From Actinomycetota bacterium (GTDB lineage: Bacteria > Actinomycetota > Actinomycetes > Nanopelagicales > Nanopelagicaceae), in the NCBI GenBank assembly GCA_026392935.1, contig JAPLBE010000013.1:22865-86864 (forward strand): 64,000 bases of DNA, given 5' to 3'. Under the pieces are notes generated by a model. The model had not been told where the DNA came from. It ran no database searches and saw nothing but the letters and a program-made list of their open reading frames with translations. The position numbers were made by a program, and so were the translations under genes. This document shows, piece after piece, positions 38,066 to 49,718 of this stretch (positions within the stretch are counted from its first letter, which is position 1; every line of letters starts with the position of its first letter).

Positions 38066-40675
38066 ATGTCTGCGGCGAAACGTCTTCTGCTTATCGATGG
38101 CCACTCGATGGCCTATCGAGCTTTTTTCGCGCTTCCTGCCGAGAACTTCACCACAGCGCAAGGCCAGCACACCAATGCCATATATGGCTTCGCAACGATG
38201 CTTATTTCACTCTTAAAAGAAGAGAAGCCAACCCATGTGGCCGTGGCCTTCGATGTTTCGCGAAAGACTTTTCGAACAGAAATCTTTCCGGACTACAAAG
38301 CCAATCGAGCAAAGACACCTGATGAGTTCAGATCTCAAATGTCGTACCTTCATGAGCTCGTAAAGGGATTTGGCATCAACCAGTTTGAGATAGAGGGTTA
38401 CGAAGCAGACGATGTCATTGCGACAATTACAAAACGTGCGGAAAAAGAGGGAGCACACGTTCTGATATGTACGGGAGATCGAGACAGTTTCCAGTTGGTG
38501 AGCGAACACACGACGGTGCTGTACCCAAAGCGTGGTGTTAGCGAGATGGCTCGCATGACTCCCGATGCCGTTCAAGAGAAATATGGAATGTCACCGGCGC
38601 AGTATCCAGATTTTGCAGCGCTGCGGGGAGATCCCAGTGATAACTTGCCCTCGATTCCGGGAGTGGGCGAGAAAACTGCATCAAAATGGATTGTGGAACA
38701 TGGTTCCCTTAAGGATTTACTCGCTAACAAAGAGAAAGTCACCGGAAAAGTTGGGGAAGCGTTAAGAGCCCACGTAGATAACGTGCTGCGAAATCGCGAA
38801 CTTACTCAATTGATTCACGATGTACCTGTTGAGTTCTCGATAGATGATTTGGCTTGGGCTGGCGTTGCGGAATCAGATCTCACTGTGTTGTTTGAGCAAT
38901 TGGAGTTTAGAACCTTGAAGGATCGCCTGAAAACGATATCAACGGGAGAGGCGCCAGCTAAGAAGAAGATTGAGAAGAGCGATGAGCCAGAGTTCTCACT
39001 CTTTGGATCAGATATCGAATCGAGTGTTATCTCACCAGTGGAACTTGATTCTAAAATTGCAGCGCATAGCAGCGAAATCTCCATTGCTTACGAGTTAGTT
39101 GATGATCACGTACATCGCTATGCGGTAGCACTTTCTAAGACTTCAGCATTTTTGGTTCACTCTTCAACCATGGGGGCGTGGGCACAAAATTCATCAGTGG
39201 CAAAGATTGCTCATGATGCCAAAGCAGTTGCTCGGAGCAATGGTTTAACGGGAGTCTCATTCGACACCTCACTTGCCGCATACCTTGTTAATCCTGGAGT
39301 TCGTGCGCAAGAAGTCTCTGACTTGTTAGAACGTTGGGGAGATGGAAGTCAGCTAGATCTGTCATCACCCGAACAACAATTGCTTACAACTGCATGTGCA
39401 CTCTTTGGGTTACGAGATTCTCTTACTAAAGAACTTCACGATCGCGGCCTATCAAAGCTTTACAACGAGCTCGAATTACCCATTGCCGAGCTTTTAGCTC
39501 TTATGGAAAATCGTGGGATTGCGGTAGATAGGAAAGAGTTAGAGAAGCTCGCCACTTTCTTTGAAGGAGAAGTCACGCGCGAAACTAAGGTTGCACACGA
39601 CGCCGCTGGACATGAATTCAATGTGGGCTCACCTAAACAACTACAAGTAGTTCTCTTTGAAGAACTTGGCTTGCCAAAAACTAAGAAAATTAAGACTGGT
39701 TATACAACTGATGCAGATGCTCTTAACTGGTTATTTGAAAAGACCTCTCATCCGCTTCTTGCTGCGTTGCTTCGCATCAGAGAGACGAAAAAACTTGCCA
39801 CCACAATTGAAGGGCTGCTTGTTGAAATTCAAAAAGATAAGAGGATCCACACTCATTTTGCTCAGACAGTAGCTGCAACGGGCCGTCTATCTTCGGTCGG
39901 CCCCAACTTACAAAACATTCCTGTACGCACCGAAGAAGGGCGCAAGATACGGCATTGCTTTATTGCAGGAAGTGAATACGACTCGCTCTTAACCGCCGAC
40001 TATAGCCAAATTGAAATGCGCATTATGGCTCATCTGTCTGATGATAAACACTTACTTGCCGCATTCGAATCTGGCGAAGATTTGCATGCAACTGTTGCTG
40101 CAGAAGTTTTTGGTGTGAAGCCTGCAGATGTGGATCCAGAGATGCGTAGACAAATTAAGGCAATGTCATATGGACTTGCCTACGGATTAAGTTCGTACGG
40201 TTTAGCTGTTCAATTAGATCTGACTCCGCCTGCAGCGCAAGATCTCATGGACCGTTACTTTGAACGTTTCGGTGGCATTCGAGATTACTTAAAAACAGTC
40301 GTTGAAGACGCCCGAAAAGTTGGCTACACAGAGACGGTCATGGGTCGCAGACGTTATCTTCCAGATTTGTTGCACGACAATCGCCAACGTAGAGAAGTCG
40401 CAGAGCGCATGGCTCTCAATGCACCGATACAAGGATCAGCTGCTGACATTATTAAGCAAGCGATGCTCAATGTGCAGAGCGGTCTTGTCGCTGGTGGCTA
40501 TAAATCTCGTTTACTTTTGCAGGTACACGATGAGCTAATTCTTGAAGTTGTCACGAGTGAAATAGAAAAGGTTTCTGAACTTGTGCGCACTCAGATGGGA
40601 AGTGCTTATCCACTTAAAGCACCGCTGGATGTCTCTGTCGGAATCGGCAAGAGCTGGAATGATGCCGCGCACTGA
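38066..40675 (+). CDS. polA: DNA polymerase I
   Basis: 5' nuclease domain (LLLIDGHSMAYRAFFAL), a 3'-5' exo-like domain and polymerase motifs (DYSQIEMRIMAH, QVHDELILE). ATG 38066 has TAAGAT 7 nt upstream. Alternative starts are 38057 and 38045. Confidence 0.95.
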   Translation: MSAAKRLLLIDGHSMAYRAFFALPAENFTTAQGQHTNAIYGFATMLISLLKEEKPTHVAVAFDVSRKTFRTEIFPDYKANRAKTPDEFRSQMSYLHELVKGFGINQFEIEGYEADDVIATITKRAEKEGAHVLICTGDRDSFQLVSEHTTVLYPKRGVSEMARMTPDAVQEKYGMSPAQYPDFAALRGDPSDNLPSIPGVGEKTASKWIVEHGSLKDLLANKEKVTGKVGEALRAHVDNVLRNRELTQLIHDVPVEFSIDDLAWAGVAESDLTVLFEQLEFRTLKDRLKTISTGEAPAKKKIEKSDEPEFSLFGSDIESSVISPVELDSKIAAHSSEISIAYELVDDHVHRYAVALSKTSAFLVHSSTMGAWAQNSSVAKIAHDAKAVARSNGLTGVSFDTSLAAYLVNPGVRAQEVSDLLERWGDGSQLDLSSPEQQLLTTACALFGLRDSLTKELHDRGLSKLYNELELPIAELLALMENRGIAVDRKELEKLATFFEGEVTRETKVAHDAAGHEFNVGSPKQLQVVLFEELGLPKTKKIKTGYTTDADALNWLFEKTSHPLLAALLRIRETKKLATTIEGLLVEIQKDKRIHTHFAQTVAATGRLSSVGPNLQNIPVRTEEGRKIRHCFIAGSEYDSLLTADYSQIEMRIMAHLSDDKHLLAAFESGEDLHATVAAEVFGVKPADVDPEMRRQIKAMSYGLAYGLSSYGLAVQLDLTPPAAQDLMDRYFERFGGIRDYLKTVVEDARKVGYTETVMGRRRYLPDLLHDNRQRREVAERMALNAPIQGSAADIIKQAMLNVQSGLVAGGYKSRLLLQVHDELILEVVTSEIEKVSELVRTQMGSAYPLKAPLDVSVGIGKSWNDAAH

Positions 40676-40798
40676 GCGCTAATAAGCGGGGATTTGCCTG
40701 TAATTAACCCTCACGCGTACTCTTTGGCGTCCAGTATCGAGATACTGGCGAAAATTGAATAGTCCTATCCCTACTACTTTCTATCCCTACGGAGCACC

Positions 40799-42130
40799 TT
40801 GACTACACAAATTGCAGTAAATGACATTGGTTCAGCGGAAGATTTCTTAGCCGCAATTGAAGGAACAATCAGAAATTTCAGCGACGGAGACCTCGTCACA
40901 GGAACAGTTGTACAAATTGATCGCGAGGAAGTCCTCCTAGATGTCGGCTATAAGACAGAAGGCGTAATTCCATCACGCGAACTTTCTATTCGTCATGACG
41001 CAGATCCAAACGACATCGTTAAGGTCGGAGATCGTGTAGAAGCTTTAGTTCTTCAGAAAGAAGATAAAGAAGGTCGCCTCATCCTCTCCAAGAAGCGTGC
41101 TCAGTACGAGCGTGCATGGGGAGAAATTGAAGGAAAGAAAGAGCGCGACGAAGTTGTTATTGGAACTGTTATTGAAGTTGTAAAGGGCGGACTTATCGTT
41201 GACATCGGTCTTCGTGGATTCTTGCCTGCATCACTTGTTGAAATGCGTCGCGTTCGCGATCTGACTCCATACATTGGTAAGCAGGTTGAAGCTCGAATTA
41301 TCGAACTTGATAAGAACCGCAACAACGTAGTTCTTTCTCGTCGCGCATTCCTTGAGCAGACACAATCACAGTCACGTACAGAGTTCCTTAATTTGCTCCA
41401 AAAGGGCCAGGTTCGTACTGGTGTTGTTTCATCAATCGTAAACTTTGGTGCATTCGTTGATCTCGGTGGCGTAGACGGTCTCGTTCACGTTTCAGAGCTC
41501 TCTTGGAAGCACATCGATCACCCAGGTGAAGTTGTTGAAGTTGGCGACGAAGTAACTGTTGAAGTTCTCGAAGTTGATTTTGAACGTGAGCGCGTCTCAC
41601 TTTCACTGAAGGCGACACAAGAAGATCCATGGCAGGCATTTGCTCGCACTCACACAATCAACACTGTTGTGCCAGGTGTAGTAACAAAGCTTGTTCCATT
41701 TGGAGCATTCATTCGTGTGCACGAGGGCATTGAAGGACTTGTTCACATCTCAGAGTTGGCAGAACGCCACGTTGAGATTCCAGAGCAGGTTGTTGCAGTA
41801 GATGACGAACTCTTCGTAAAGATCATCGATATCGATCTAGAGCGTCGTCGTATTTCACTATCATTGAAGCAAGCTAATGAAGGCCAGGAAGTTGAAATCG
41901 AAGCATTCGATCCAACTCAATATGGAATGTCAGCTCGCTATGACGCAGAAGGTAACTTCATCTACCCAGAAGGTTTCGATGCAGATACTCAAGAGTGGAA
42001 GCCAGGCTTTGACTCACAGCGCGAAGAGTGGGAGCGTCAATACGCTGTCGCTCAAGAGCGCTTCCTTGCACACAAGAAACAGAAGGCAGAAGCGAAGGTA
42101 GCTGAAGAAGCTGCCGTTGTTGCCGAATAA
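40799..42130 (+). CDS. rpsA: 30S ribosomal protein S1
   Basis: 443-aa ORF with a TTG start and GGAG 6 nt upstream. Four S1 repeats (GTVV..., VHISEL...). Confidence 0.95.
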   Translation: MTTQIAVNDIGSAEDFLAAIEGTIRNFSDGDLVTGTVVQIDREEVLLDVGYKTEGVIPSRELSIRHDADPNDIVKVGDRVEALVLQKEDKEGRLILSKKRAQYERAWGEIEGKKERDEVVIGTVIEVVKGGLIVDIGLRGFLPASLVEMRRVRDLTPYIGKQVEARIIELDKNRNNVVLSRRAFLEQTQSQSRTEFLNLLQKGQVRTGVVSSIVNFGAFVDLGGVDGLVHVSELSWKHIDHPGEVVEVGDEVTVEVLEVDFERERVSLSLKATQEDPWQAFARTHTINTVVPGVVTKLVPFGAFIRVHEGIEGLVHISELAERHVEIPEQVVAVDDELFVKIIDIDLERRRISLSLKQANEGQEVEIEAFDPTQYGMSARYDAEGNFIYPEGFDADTQEWKPGFDSQREEWERQYAVAQERFLAHKKQKAEAKVAEEAAVVAE

Positions 42131-42139
42131 TTAGTAACG

Positions 42140-42199
42140 AAAAATCCGGCTGGGCCGCGAGCTGCTCCTTAACCTCGCGTAGCCCAACCGGATTTTTTC
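42140..42199 (+). terminator. Intrinsic terminator after rpsA, bidirectional in form
   Basis: AAAAATCCGGCTGGGC...(inner CGCGAG/CTCGCG hairpin)...GCCCAACCGGATTTTTTCTTT. The stem is flanked by an A-tract and a T-tract. Confidence 0.8.
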
Positions 42200-42235
42200 T
42201 TTCTCACTAGAAGCAAGTACGGATAGGGTTGGGAT

Positions 42236-42832
42236 ATGTTGGTTGTCGCACTTACTGGTGGAATCGGTGCCGGGAAATCTACAGTTGCACAAAATTTTGC
42301 TGAACTAGGCGCCCTAGTAATTGACGCAGACCAACTCGCTCGAATTGCTATTGAGCGAGGTTCTGAAGGTTTTGGTGAAGTTTTGTTGCGCTTCGGTGAT
42401 GAAATCATCAGTAATGGAGATATAGACCGTAAGAAATTGGCGGATATCGTTTTCTCCGATGAATCTGCCCGTAAAGATTTAGAGGCCATTATTCATCCCC
42501 GCGTGCACGCCATTTTTGCTGAGGCAGTTGATGATTTAGAGCATGACGATATTTTGATTTACGAAATCCCACTACTTATAGAAACCGATGCTGCTCATAA
42601 ATTTGACTATGTAATAACAGTTGAGGCCGATTTGGAGTTACGCAAGAATAGGCTCTTGAAAAAGGGTTTATACATTTCTCAAATTGAGAAAAGAATCGCT
42701 GCGCAGGCAAGCCCCGAATCGCGTGAATCGATTGCAGATAGCGTCATTCGCAATGATGGCGATGAGGATTCCCTGCTACGGCAGGTAGAAAATCTCTGGG
42801 AGAGCGTTCTTCTTCCTCAATCGCTAGGCTAG
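42236..42832 (+). CDS. coaE: Dephospho-CoA kinase (kinase domain only)
   Basis: [14 protein letters not shown]-loop. 198 aa, so it lacks the C-terminal extension that I recall in the mycobacterial CoaE. A TAGGGT box lies 6 nt upstream of the ATG. Confidence 0.92.
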   Translation: MLVVALTGGIGAGKSTVAQNFAELGALVIDADQLARIAIERGSEGFGEVLLRFGDEIISNGDIDRKKLADIVFSDESARKDLEAIIHPRVHAIFAEAVDDLEHDDILIYEIPLLIETDAAHKFDYVITVEADLELRKNRLLKKGLYISQIEKRIAAQASPESRESIADSVIRNDGDEDSLLRQVENLWESVLLPQSLG

Positions 42833-42836
42833 GCCT

Positions 42837-44912
42837 GTGCGCCCAGTAACTGATTTGCAACGCAAAGTTGCACCGTTTGAAGTCATCAGTGACTACATTC
42901 CCGCAGGAGATCAGCCGGCCGCTATAGAAGAAATCGCCCGCCGCATCAATGCAGGAGAGCAAGATGTTGTCTTACTTGGTGCTACCGGTACTGGAAAGTC
43001 AGCGACAACGGCATGGCTGATTGAAAGATTACAACGCCCCACCCTTGTTCTGGCTCCCAATAAAACTTTAGCAGCTCAGTTGGCAAACGAATTCAGAGAA
43101 CTCCTTCCCAACAACGCGGTTGAGTATTTCGTTTCGTACTATGACTATTACCAGCCAGAAGCCTATGTACCTCAGACGGATACATTCATCGAGAAGGATT
43201 CAAGCGTCAACGATGAGGTAGAACGGCTACGTCACTCCGCCACCAACTCGTTACTAACAAGACGAGATGTCATTGTCGTTGCAACAGTCTCATGTATCTA
43301 CGGTTTGGGAACTCCTCAGGAATATATAGACAGAATGATTCGCCTCAAGGTGGGCGATGAGATTGAACGCAATGCACTTTTGCGCAAGTTTGTGGATGTG
43401 CAGTACAAACGTAACGATATGGCCTTTGAACGTGGCACTTTCCGAGTTCGAGGCGACACCATTGAAATCATCCCAATGTACGAAGAACTTGCTGTTCGCA
43501 TAGAGATGTTCGGTGATGAGATTGAGAAGATCATGACACTCAATCCATTGACCGGAGAAATTATCCGCGATGAAGAAGAGATCTACATTTTCCCTGCAAC
43601 TCACTATGCAGCGGGTCCAGAAACAATGAAACGAGCGATGTCTGAGATAGAAGATGAGCTACAAGTTCAGCTCAATCTCTTCACTAAGCAGGGAAAGTTG
43701 CTTGAAGAGCAGCGACTTCGCATGCGAACGACTTTCGACTTAGAGATGATGCAGCAGCTCGGATTCTGCTCTGGCATTGAAAACTATTCACGCCATCTAG
43801 ATGGACGCGAACCAGGATCGGCGCCCAACTGTCTCCTTGATTATTTCCCAGAAGATTTTCTCGTTGTAATTGATGAGAGCCACGTGACGGTTCCTCAAAT
43901 TGGAGCCATGTTTGAGGGGGATGCTTCACGAAAGCGCACTCTTGTCGAACATGGCTTTAGATTGCCTAGTGCACTTGATAACCGTCCTCTAAAATGGCCA
44001 GAATTCTTGGAGCGCACCGGACAGAAAATTTATCTTTCAGCGACTCCTGGAAAGTACGAGATGGAGAAAGTTGGGGGAGATGTTGTAGAGCAAGTTATTC
44101 GTCCGACAGGTCTGGTTGATCCTCAAATCATTATCAAACCGATTAAGGGCCAAATAGATGATTTGCTTCATGAAATCAATATTCGCGCAGAGAAAAACGA
44201 ACGAGTACTTGTCACAACACTGACAAAGAAAATGTCCGAAGATCTCACCGACTATCTTCAAGAGCGTGGTGTTCGAGTCCGTTACTTACATTCAGAGGTA
44301 GATACGCTTCGAAGAGTCGAACTTCTGCGCGAACTTCGCATGGGTGATTACGACGTGCTGATCGGAATTAACTTACTTCGCGAAGGTCTGGATCTACCGG
44401 AAGTCTCTCTTGTGGCAATTCTTGATGCAGATAAGGAAGGCTTCTTACGTTCTGCGACTTCTCTTATTCAGACAATCGGAAGAGCAGCAAGAAACGTATC
44501 TGGTGAAGTGCATATGTATGCCGACAATATGACTGCCGCTATGACAAAGGCGATAGATGAAACTAATCGACGTCGTGCAAAGCAGGTCGCATACAACCTA
44601 GAGCGAGGTGTAGACCCTCAGCCTCTTCGAAAGAAGATTTCGGATATTACAGATCTCATCGCGCAAGAGAGCGATGACACTGATGACATCATGGCCAGCC
44701 TTAAAGGCAAGAAGTCTTCGGTCGTTCTACCCTTCTCATCTAAGCCGACTGACTCTATGCCGCGCCAAGAGCTCATCGCATTGATAGGCTCCCTCACCGA
44801 ACAGATGCGTAGCTCAGCTAATGAACTTCAATTCGAACTTGCTGCTCGTCTGCGTGATGAACTTAAAGATTTGAAGCGTGAGCTACGAGGAATGGATGAA
44901 GCTGGTACATGA
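42837..44912 (+). CDS. uvrB: Excinuclease ABC subunit B
   Basis: 691-aa ORF with a GTG start. GATGTGKS, helicase motifs and a C-terminal UVR domain. Confidence 0.97.
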   Translation: MRPVTDLQRKVAPFEVISDYIPAGDQPAAIEEIARRINAGEQDVVLLGATGTGKSATTAWLIERLQRPTLVLAPNKTLAAQLANEFRELLPNNAVEYFVSYYDYYQPEAYVPQTDTFIEKDSSVNDEVERLRHSATNSLLTRRDVIVVATVSCIYGLGTPQEYIDRMIRLKVGDEIERNALLRKFVDVQYKRNDMAFERGTFRVRGDTIEIIPMYEELAVRIEMFGDEIEKIMTLNPLTGEIIRDEEEIYIFPATHYAAGPETMKRAMSEIEDELQVQLNLFTKQGKLLEEQRLRMRTTFDLEMMQQLGFCSGIENYSRHLDGREPGSAPNCLLDYFPEDFLVVIDESHVTVPQIGAMFEGDASRKRTLVEHGFRLPSALDNRPLKWPEFLERTGQKIYLSATPGKYEMEKVGGDVVEQVIRPTGLVDPQIIIKPIKGQIDDLLHEINIRAEKNERVLVTTLTKKMSEDLTDYLQERGVRVRYLHSEVDTLRRVELLRELRMGDYDVLIGINLLREGLDLPEVSLVAILDADKEGFLRSATSLIQTIGRAARNVSGEVHMYADNMTAAMTKAIDETNRRRAKQVAYNLERGVDPQPLRKKISDITDLIAQESDDTDDIMASLKGKKSSVVLPFSSKPTDSMPRQELIALIGSLTEQMRSSANELQFELAARLRDELKDLKRELRGMDEAGT

Positions 44913-47782
44913 GCATCGATAAATTAGTTGTGCGTGGTGCTCGCGAACATAATCTCAAAGATGTTTCTATCGAACTTCCTCGTGATGCTCTGATTGTTTT
45001 TACCGGACTGTCTGGTTCTGGTAAATCTAGTCTTGCCTTTGACACAATCTTCGCCGAAGGCCAAAGACGTTATGTTGAATCACTTTCTGCATATGCACGT
45101 CAGTTTCTTGGACAAATGGATAAGCCTGACGTTGATTTTATTGAAGGACTTTCGCCAGCGGTTTCAATTGATCAGAAATCAACCAATAGAAATCCACGTT
45201 CTACGGTGGGAACAATCACTGAGGTCTATGACTACTTCAGATTACTCTTTGCTCGTGCGGGTCGATCTCATTGCCCAAACTGCAAGAAGGCGGTTTCTCG
45301 TCAGAGCCCTCAGCAAATTGTCGATCAAATTCTCACGATGCCACCCACAACAAAATTTCAGGTTTTGGCGCCAGTTATTCGCGAACGTAAGGGCGAATTT
45401 GTAGACCTCTTTGCAGAGCTTGTTACGCAAGGATATTCACGTGCCCGAGTTGATGGCGAGATTATTCAACTGACCGAGCCTCCAAAACTGAAGAAACAAG
45501 AGAAGCACACAGTTGAAGTCGTCATCGATCGCCTGACCGCGAAAGCTGAGAGCAAATCTAGACTCACGGATTCAATAGAGACGGCGCTCAAACTCGGTAA
45601 TGGACTTGTACTTCTCGACTTCGTCGATGCTAAAACAGGGGAGAAGGAACACACCTATAGCGAACATCTTGCCTGCCACGACTGCAATCTCTCTTTTGAA
45701 GAGTTAGAGCCACGATCTTTCTCGTTTAACTCACCATTTGGAGCATGCGAGGAATGTTCTGGAATCGGAACGAAGCTTGAGGTTGATGAAGATCTCATCA
45801 TCCCTGACGATTCAATCTCCATTAATGAAGGCGCCATCGCTCCATGGGCGGGTGGTCAATCATCAGAGTACTTCCTTCGATTACTTGAAGCGCTTGCAAC
45901 AGAGCTGAAATTTTCTATGGATAATCCTTGGAAGAAACTCTCCGTAAAAGCACGAGATGCAATCATCAACGGTTTTGATTATGAAGTACACGTTAAGTAC
46001 AAGAATCGCTACGGGCGCGTACGTAATTATTCAACAGGCTTTGAGGGCGTTGTGCCATTTATACATCGACGACATTCAGAGACAGATAGCGATTACAGCC
46101 GTGACAAGTACGAGGCTTACATGCGCGAAACTCCATGTCCCGCGTGTAAAGGTGCTCGCCTGAAGCCAGAAGTACTTGCAGTTACCTTGGGCGGCAAGAG
46201 TATTGCCGAGGTCTGTGCGCTATCGATTGACGATTGTGCAACATTCCTGAAGCAGGTAACACTAAATAAGCGAGAAGCACAGATTGCAGAGCGAGTCATG
46301 AAGGAAGTTCATGCCCGTCTCGGATTCTTACTTGATGTGGGTCTTGATTACCTATCGCTCGACCGTCCTGCTGCAACACTTTCAGGTGGTGAAGCGCAAC
46401 GCATTCGCCTTGCTACACAGATTGGCTCAGGCCTCGTAGGAGTTCTTTATGTTCTTGACGAGCCATCAATTGGTTTGCATCAACGAGATAATCGACGATT
46501 GATTGACACTCTGACTCGACTTCGCGATTTAGGAAATACCCTCATTGTGGTCGAGCATGATGAAGAGACAATTCGTACAGCGGACTGGGTTGTAGATATT
46601 GGGCCAGGCGCTGGAGAACACGGCGGAAAAGTTGTTGTATCCGGATCTTATGAAGAACTCATTGCATCGAAAGAATCAATCACAGGCGCGTATCTCTCTG
46701 GAAGAAAATCGATTGAAATACCTTCTACGCGCAGACCTGTCGATGCCAAACGTCAACTAGTCATAAAGGGCGCGAAAGAGAATAACCTCAAGGATATTGA
46801 AGTAAGTATTCCACTCGGGCTCTTCGTCTCGGTTACAGGTGTGTCAGGGTCAGGAAAATCGACACTCGTTAACGATATTTTGTATACGACACTTGCCAAT
46901 AAGTTAAATGGCGCCCGTTTAGTACCTGGTCGTCACAGAACTGTTACTGGCATAGATCAGCTCGACAAAGTCGTGCATGTTGATCAATCACCAATTGGTC
47001 GCACACCAAGGTCTAATCCTGCGACATACACAGGCGTCTTCGACAAAGTCCGCGCGCTCTTTGCCGAAACTAACGAAGCAAAAGTTCGCGGCTACCAGCA
47101 AGGACGTTTCTCATTTAACGTTAAAGGTGGCCGATGTGAGAATTGTTCTGGTGACGGAACTATTACTATTGAGATGAACTTCTTGCCGGATGTATATGTT
47201 CCATGCGAGGTGTGCCATGGCGCCAGATACAACCGAGAGACTCTTGAGGTTCATTACAAGAACAAAACTATTGCTCAAGTCTTAGATATGCCAATCGAAA
47301 TCGCTCATGAATTCTTTGAATCTGTTCCGACAATCGCTCGCTATCTCAAAACTTTATGCGATGTCGGACTTGGGTATGTTCGACTTGGTCAATCAGCTCC
47401 CACGCTCTCAGGGGGAGAAGCGCAACGCGTAAAGCTTGCGACAGAACTTCAAAGACGCTCAACAGGGCGCACCATTTATGTTCTGGATGAACCAACCACA
47501 GGTCTTCACTTTGAAGATGTGAATAAACTTCTCGGAGTTCTCAAGCGCCTTGTGGAATCTGGAAACACGGTCATTGTGATCGAACACAATCTTGATGTCA
47601 TCAAATCTTCAGATTGGGTAATCGACATGGGACCAGAAGGTGGATTCCGTGGTGGGACCGTCGTCGCAGAAGGCACTCCCGAAAGCGTTGCGAAGGTGAA
47701 AGCAAGTTACACCGGTCAATATCTTGCCGAGATTCTGCAAACAAATCGTTCATCGGTGAAGAAAATACCCGGCAAGAAGTAG
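44909..47782 (+). CDS. uvrA: Excinuclease ABC subunit A
   Basis: ATGA overlap with uvrB. 957 aa with two ABC ATPase modules ([18 protein letters not shown]) and zinc-finger cysteines. Confidence 0.97.
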   Translation: MSIDKLVVRGAREHNLKDVSIELPRDALIVFTGLSGSGKSSLAFDTIFAEGQRRYVESLSAYARQFLGQMDKPDVDFIEGLSPAVSIDQKSTNRNPRSTVGTITEVYDYFRLLFARAGRSHCPNCKKAVSRQSPQQIVDQILTMPPTTKFQVLAPVIRERKGEFVDLFAELVTQGYSRARVDGEIIQLTEPPKLKKQEKHTVEVVIDRLTAKAESKSRLTDSIETALKLGNGLVLLDFVDAKTGEKEHTYSEHLACHDCNLSFEELEPRSFSFNSPFGACEECSGIGTKLEVDEDLIIPDDSISINEGAIAPWAGGQSSEYFLRLLEALATELKFSMDNPWKKLSVKARDAIINGFDYEVHVKYKNRYGRVRNYSTGFEGVVPFIHRRHSETDSDYSRDKYEAYMRETPCPACKGARLKPEVLAVTLGGKSIAEVCALSIDDCATFLKQVTLNKREAQIAERVMKEVHARLGFLLDVGLDYLSLDRPAATLSGGEAQRIRLATQIGSGLVGVLYVLDEPSIGLHQRDNRRLIDTLTRLRDLGNTLIVVEHDEETIRTADWVVDIGPGAGEHGGKVVVSGSYEELIASKESITGAYLSGRKSIEIPSTRRPVDAKRQLVIKGAKENNLKDIEVSIPLGLFVSVTGVSGSGKSTLVNDILYTTLANKLNGARLVPGRHRTVTGIDQLDKVVHVDQSPIGRTPRSNPATYTGVFDKVRALFAETNEAKVRGYQQGRFSFNVKGGRCENCSGDGTITIEMNFLPDVYVPCEVCHGARYNRETLEVHYKNKTIAQVLDMPIEIAHEFFESVPTIARYLKTLCDVGLGYVRLGQSAPTLSGGEAQRVKLATELQRRSTGRTIYVLDEPTTGLHFEDVNKLLGVLKRLVESGNTVIVIEHNLDVIKSSDWVIDMGPEGGFRGGTVVAEGTPESVAKVKASYTGQYLAEILQTNRSSVKKIPGKK

Positions 47783-47784
47783 CC

Positions 47785-49704
47785 ATGGCAGAACCTTCAA
47801 GTTATCGCCCGAGAGAGATTCCTGAAGAACCGGGTGTGTATCGGTTTTACAACGCTGCGGACAAAGTTATCTATGTAGGTAAAGCAAAGAATCTGAAGAA
47901 TCGTCTAACGACATATTTTGGTTCCAACCTTGCCCAGAAAACATATCGGATGGTTCACGAAGCTGTGAGAGTGGATTGGACTATCGTTGCAACGGAGCTC
48001 GAAGCTCTCGCTCTTGAATTTTCCTGGATCAAGCAATATCACCCGGCATATAACGTTCAATTCAAGGACGATAAGTCTTACCCGTACTTAGCCATTTCAA
48101 TGGGCGATGAGTTTCCACGGATTTTTATCACGCGTAAGGAGAAGCGACCCGGGCTGAAGTATTTCGGACCTTACACAAACGCATGGGCACTTCGGAACAC
48201 GTATGAAGTTCTTCTCAAAGTTTTTCCAGTTCGATCATGCAGTGCAGGGAATTTCCAACGTGCCCAGAGAACAAAGAGACAATGCTTACTGGGAGATATT
48301 GGTAAATGTGCCGCTCCATGCGTTGGTTGGGTTACACCCGAAGAACATCGTGGAATTGCAGAGAAACTTGATGCCTTCATGGGTAAAGGTATGGAGAATT
48401 TATTGCCCACGCTTCGCTCTGAAATGGAATCCGCTTCTGTCTCTGAAGAATTCGAGAGAGCCGCGCGACTACGTGATCAAATTGAATCTTTCGAGAAGGC
48501 ACAACGCTCTACGCAAGGAAATCTCTCCGATGATTTAGATGGAGACTTTATCTCCATCCATGAGGAAGGACTGCACGCAGCTGGCTCTATTTTTATGGTT
48601 AGACGTGGTTCCATTAAAGGTTCACGATCGTGGATCGTTGATCAAGAAAAGGCGTTAGAAGGTGATGATCAAGTAGGTTCACTCTTCTTCTCAATTTACA
48701 GTCAGAGCACGCCAGCAGATATCCCACAGGAAATTTATCTCAACAGTGAACCTCTCGATCTAGCAGCCCTGGAGCAATGGCTTACTTCAATTAAGGGAAG
48801 CAAGGTGTCAATCAAGGTTCCTCAGAGAGGTGAGAAGGTTGAACTTCTGCAGACTGTTGAACGAAATGCACATTATGCGCTAGTTCAATACTTAAGTAAG
48901 AGAGCCACAGATGCAGCAGTTTCGGGTAAAGCACTTCTTGAACTTGAGGAAGAGCTACAACTCAGCAGAACTCCGTTGCGGATTGAGTGTTATGACATAT
49001 CGAATATATCTGGAACTACGGTTGTAGCATCCATGGTCGTGTTTGAGGATGGGCTTGCGAAGAAGAGTGAATACAGAAGATTCATTATTGATACTGATAC
49101 TGCCCAAGATGATACGAGAGCGATGCACCAAGTAATCACACGACGGATGAAGAGACTAATTGCAGATAGAAAAGTGAATCAGAGTGAGGTAGCTGAAACC
49201 GGTGGACGACTGAGCAAATTTGCTTATCCACCACAATTGATTGTTGTAGATGGTGGCGCTCCACAAGTGGCAGCAGCGCAGCGCGCACTTGATGAATTAC
49301 AGATCACAGATGTTGCGTTATGTGGGCTTGCAAAGCGTTTAGAGGAAGTGTGGATGCCTGGCGATAAAGATCCACTCATTCTTCCTAGAACGAGTGAGGG
49401 TATGTATCTCTTGCAGAGAATTAGAGATGAAGCACATCGCTTTGCAATCACATTCCACCGCAGTAGACGCTCCAAGGTGATGCTCGAATCACTTCTCGAT
49501 GAAATTCCTCAACTCGGTGAGTCAAGGAGAGCAGCGCTCTTAGCTCGCTTTGGATCAGTCACTGCGATGCGAAAAGCCTCGGCAGAGGAGCTCGCTTCGA
49601 CGCCTGGAATTGGGCCAACTATCGCCACAATTATCTTCAGCCATTTGCAATCATTGACGCCTTCGGCCGTTGATATGCAGACCGGCGAGATACTTGACAG
49701 CTAA
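47785..49704 (+). CDS. uvrC: Excinuclease ABC subunit C
   Basis: ATG 47785 lies 2 nt after the uvrA stop. GIY-YIG (PGVYRFYNAADKVIYVGKAKNLKNR), a UVR domain and a C-terminal HhH. The ORF-track start at 47614 lies inside uvrA. Confidence 0.95.
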   Translation: MAEPSSYRPREIPEEPGVYRFYNAADKVIYVGKAKNLKNRLTTYFGSNLAQKTYRMVHEAVRVDWTIVATELEALALEFSWIKQYHPAYNVQFKDDKSYPYLAISMGDEFPRIFITRKEKRPGLKYFGPYTNAWALRNTYEVLLKVFPVRSCSAGNFQRAQRTKRQCLLGDIGKCAAPCVGWVTPEEHRGIAEKLDAFMGKGMENLLPTLRSEMESASVSEEFERAARLRDQIESFEKAQRSTQGNLSDDLDGDFISIHEEGLHAAGSIFMVRRGSIKGSRSWIVDQEKALEGDDQVGSLFFSIYSQSTPADIPQEIYLNSEPLDLAALEQWLTSIKGSKVSIKVPQRGEKVELLQTVERNAHYALVQYLSKRATDAAVSGKALLELEEELQLSRTPLRIECYDISNISGTTVVASMVVFEDGLAKKSEYRRFIIDTDTAQDDTRAMHQVITRRMKRLIADRKVNQSEVAETGGRLSKFAYPPQLIVVDGGAPQVAAAQRALDELQITDVALCGLAKRLEEVWMPGDKDPLILPRTSEGMYLLQRIRDEAHRFAITFHRSRRSKVMLESLLDEIPQLGESRRAALLARFGSVTAMRKASAEELASTPGIGPTIATIIFSHLQSLTPSAVDMQTGEILDS

Positions 49705-49718
49705 GGCAGAATATTGGC

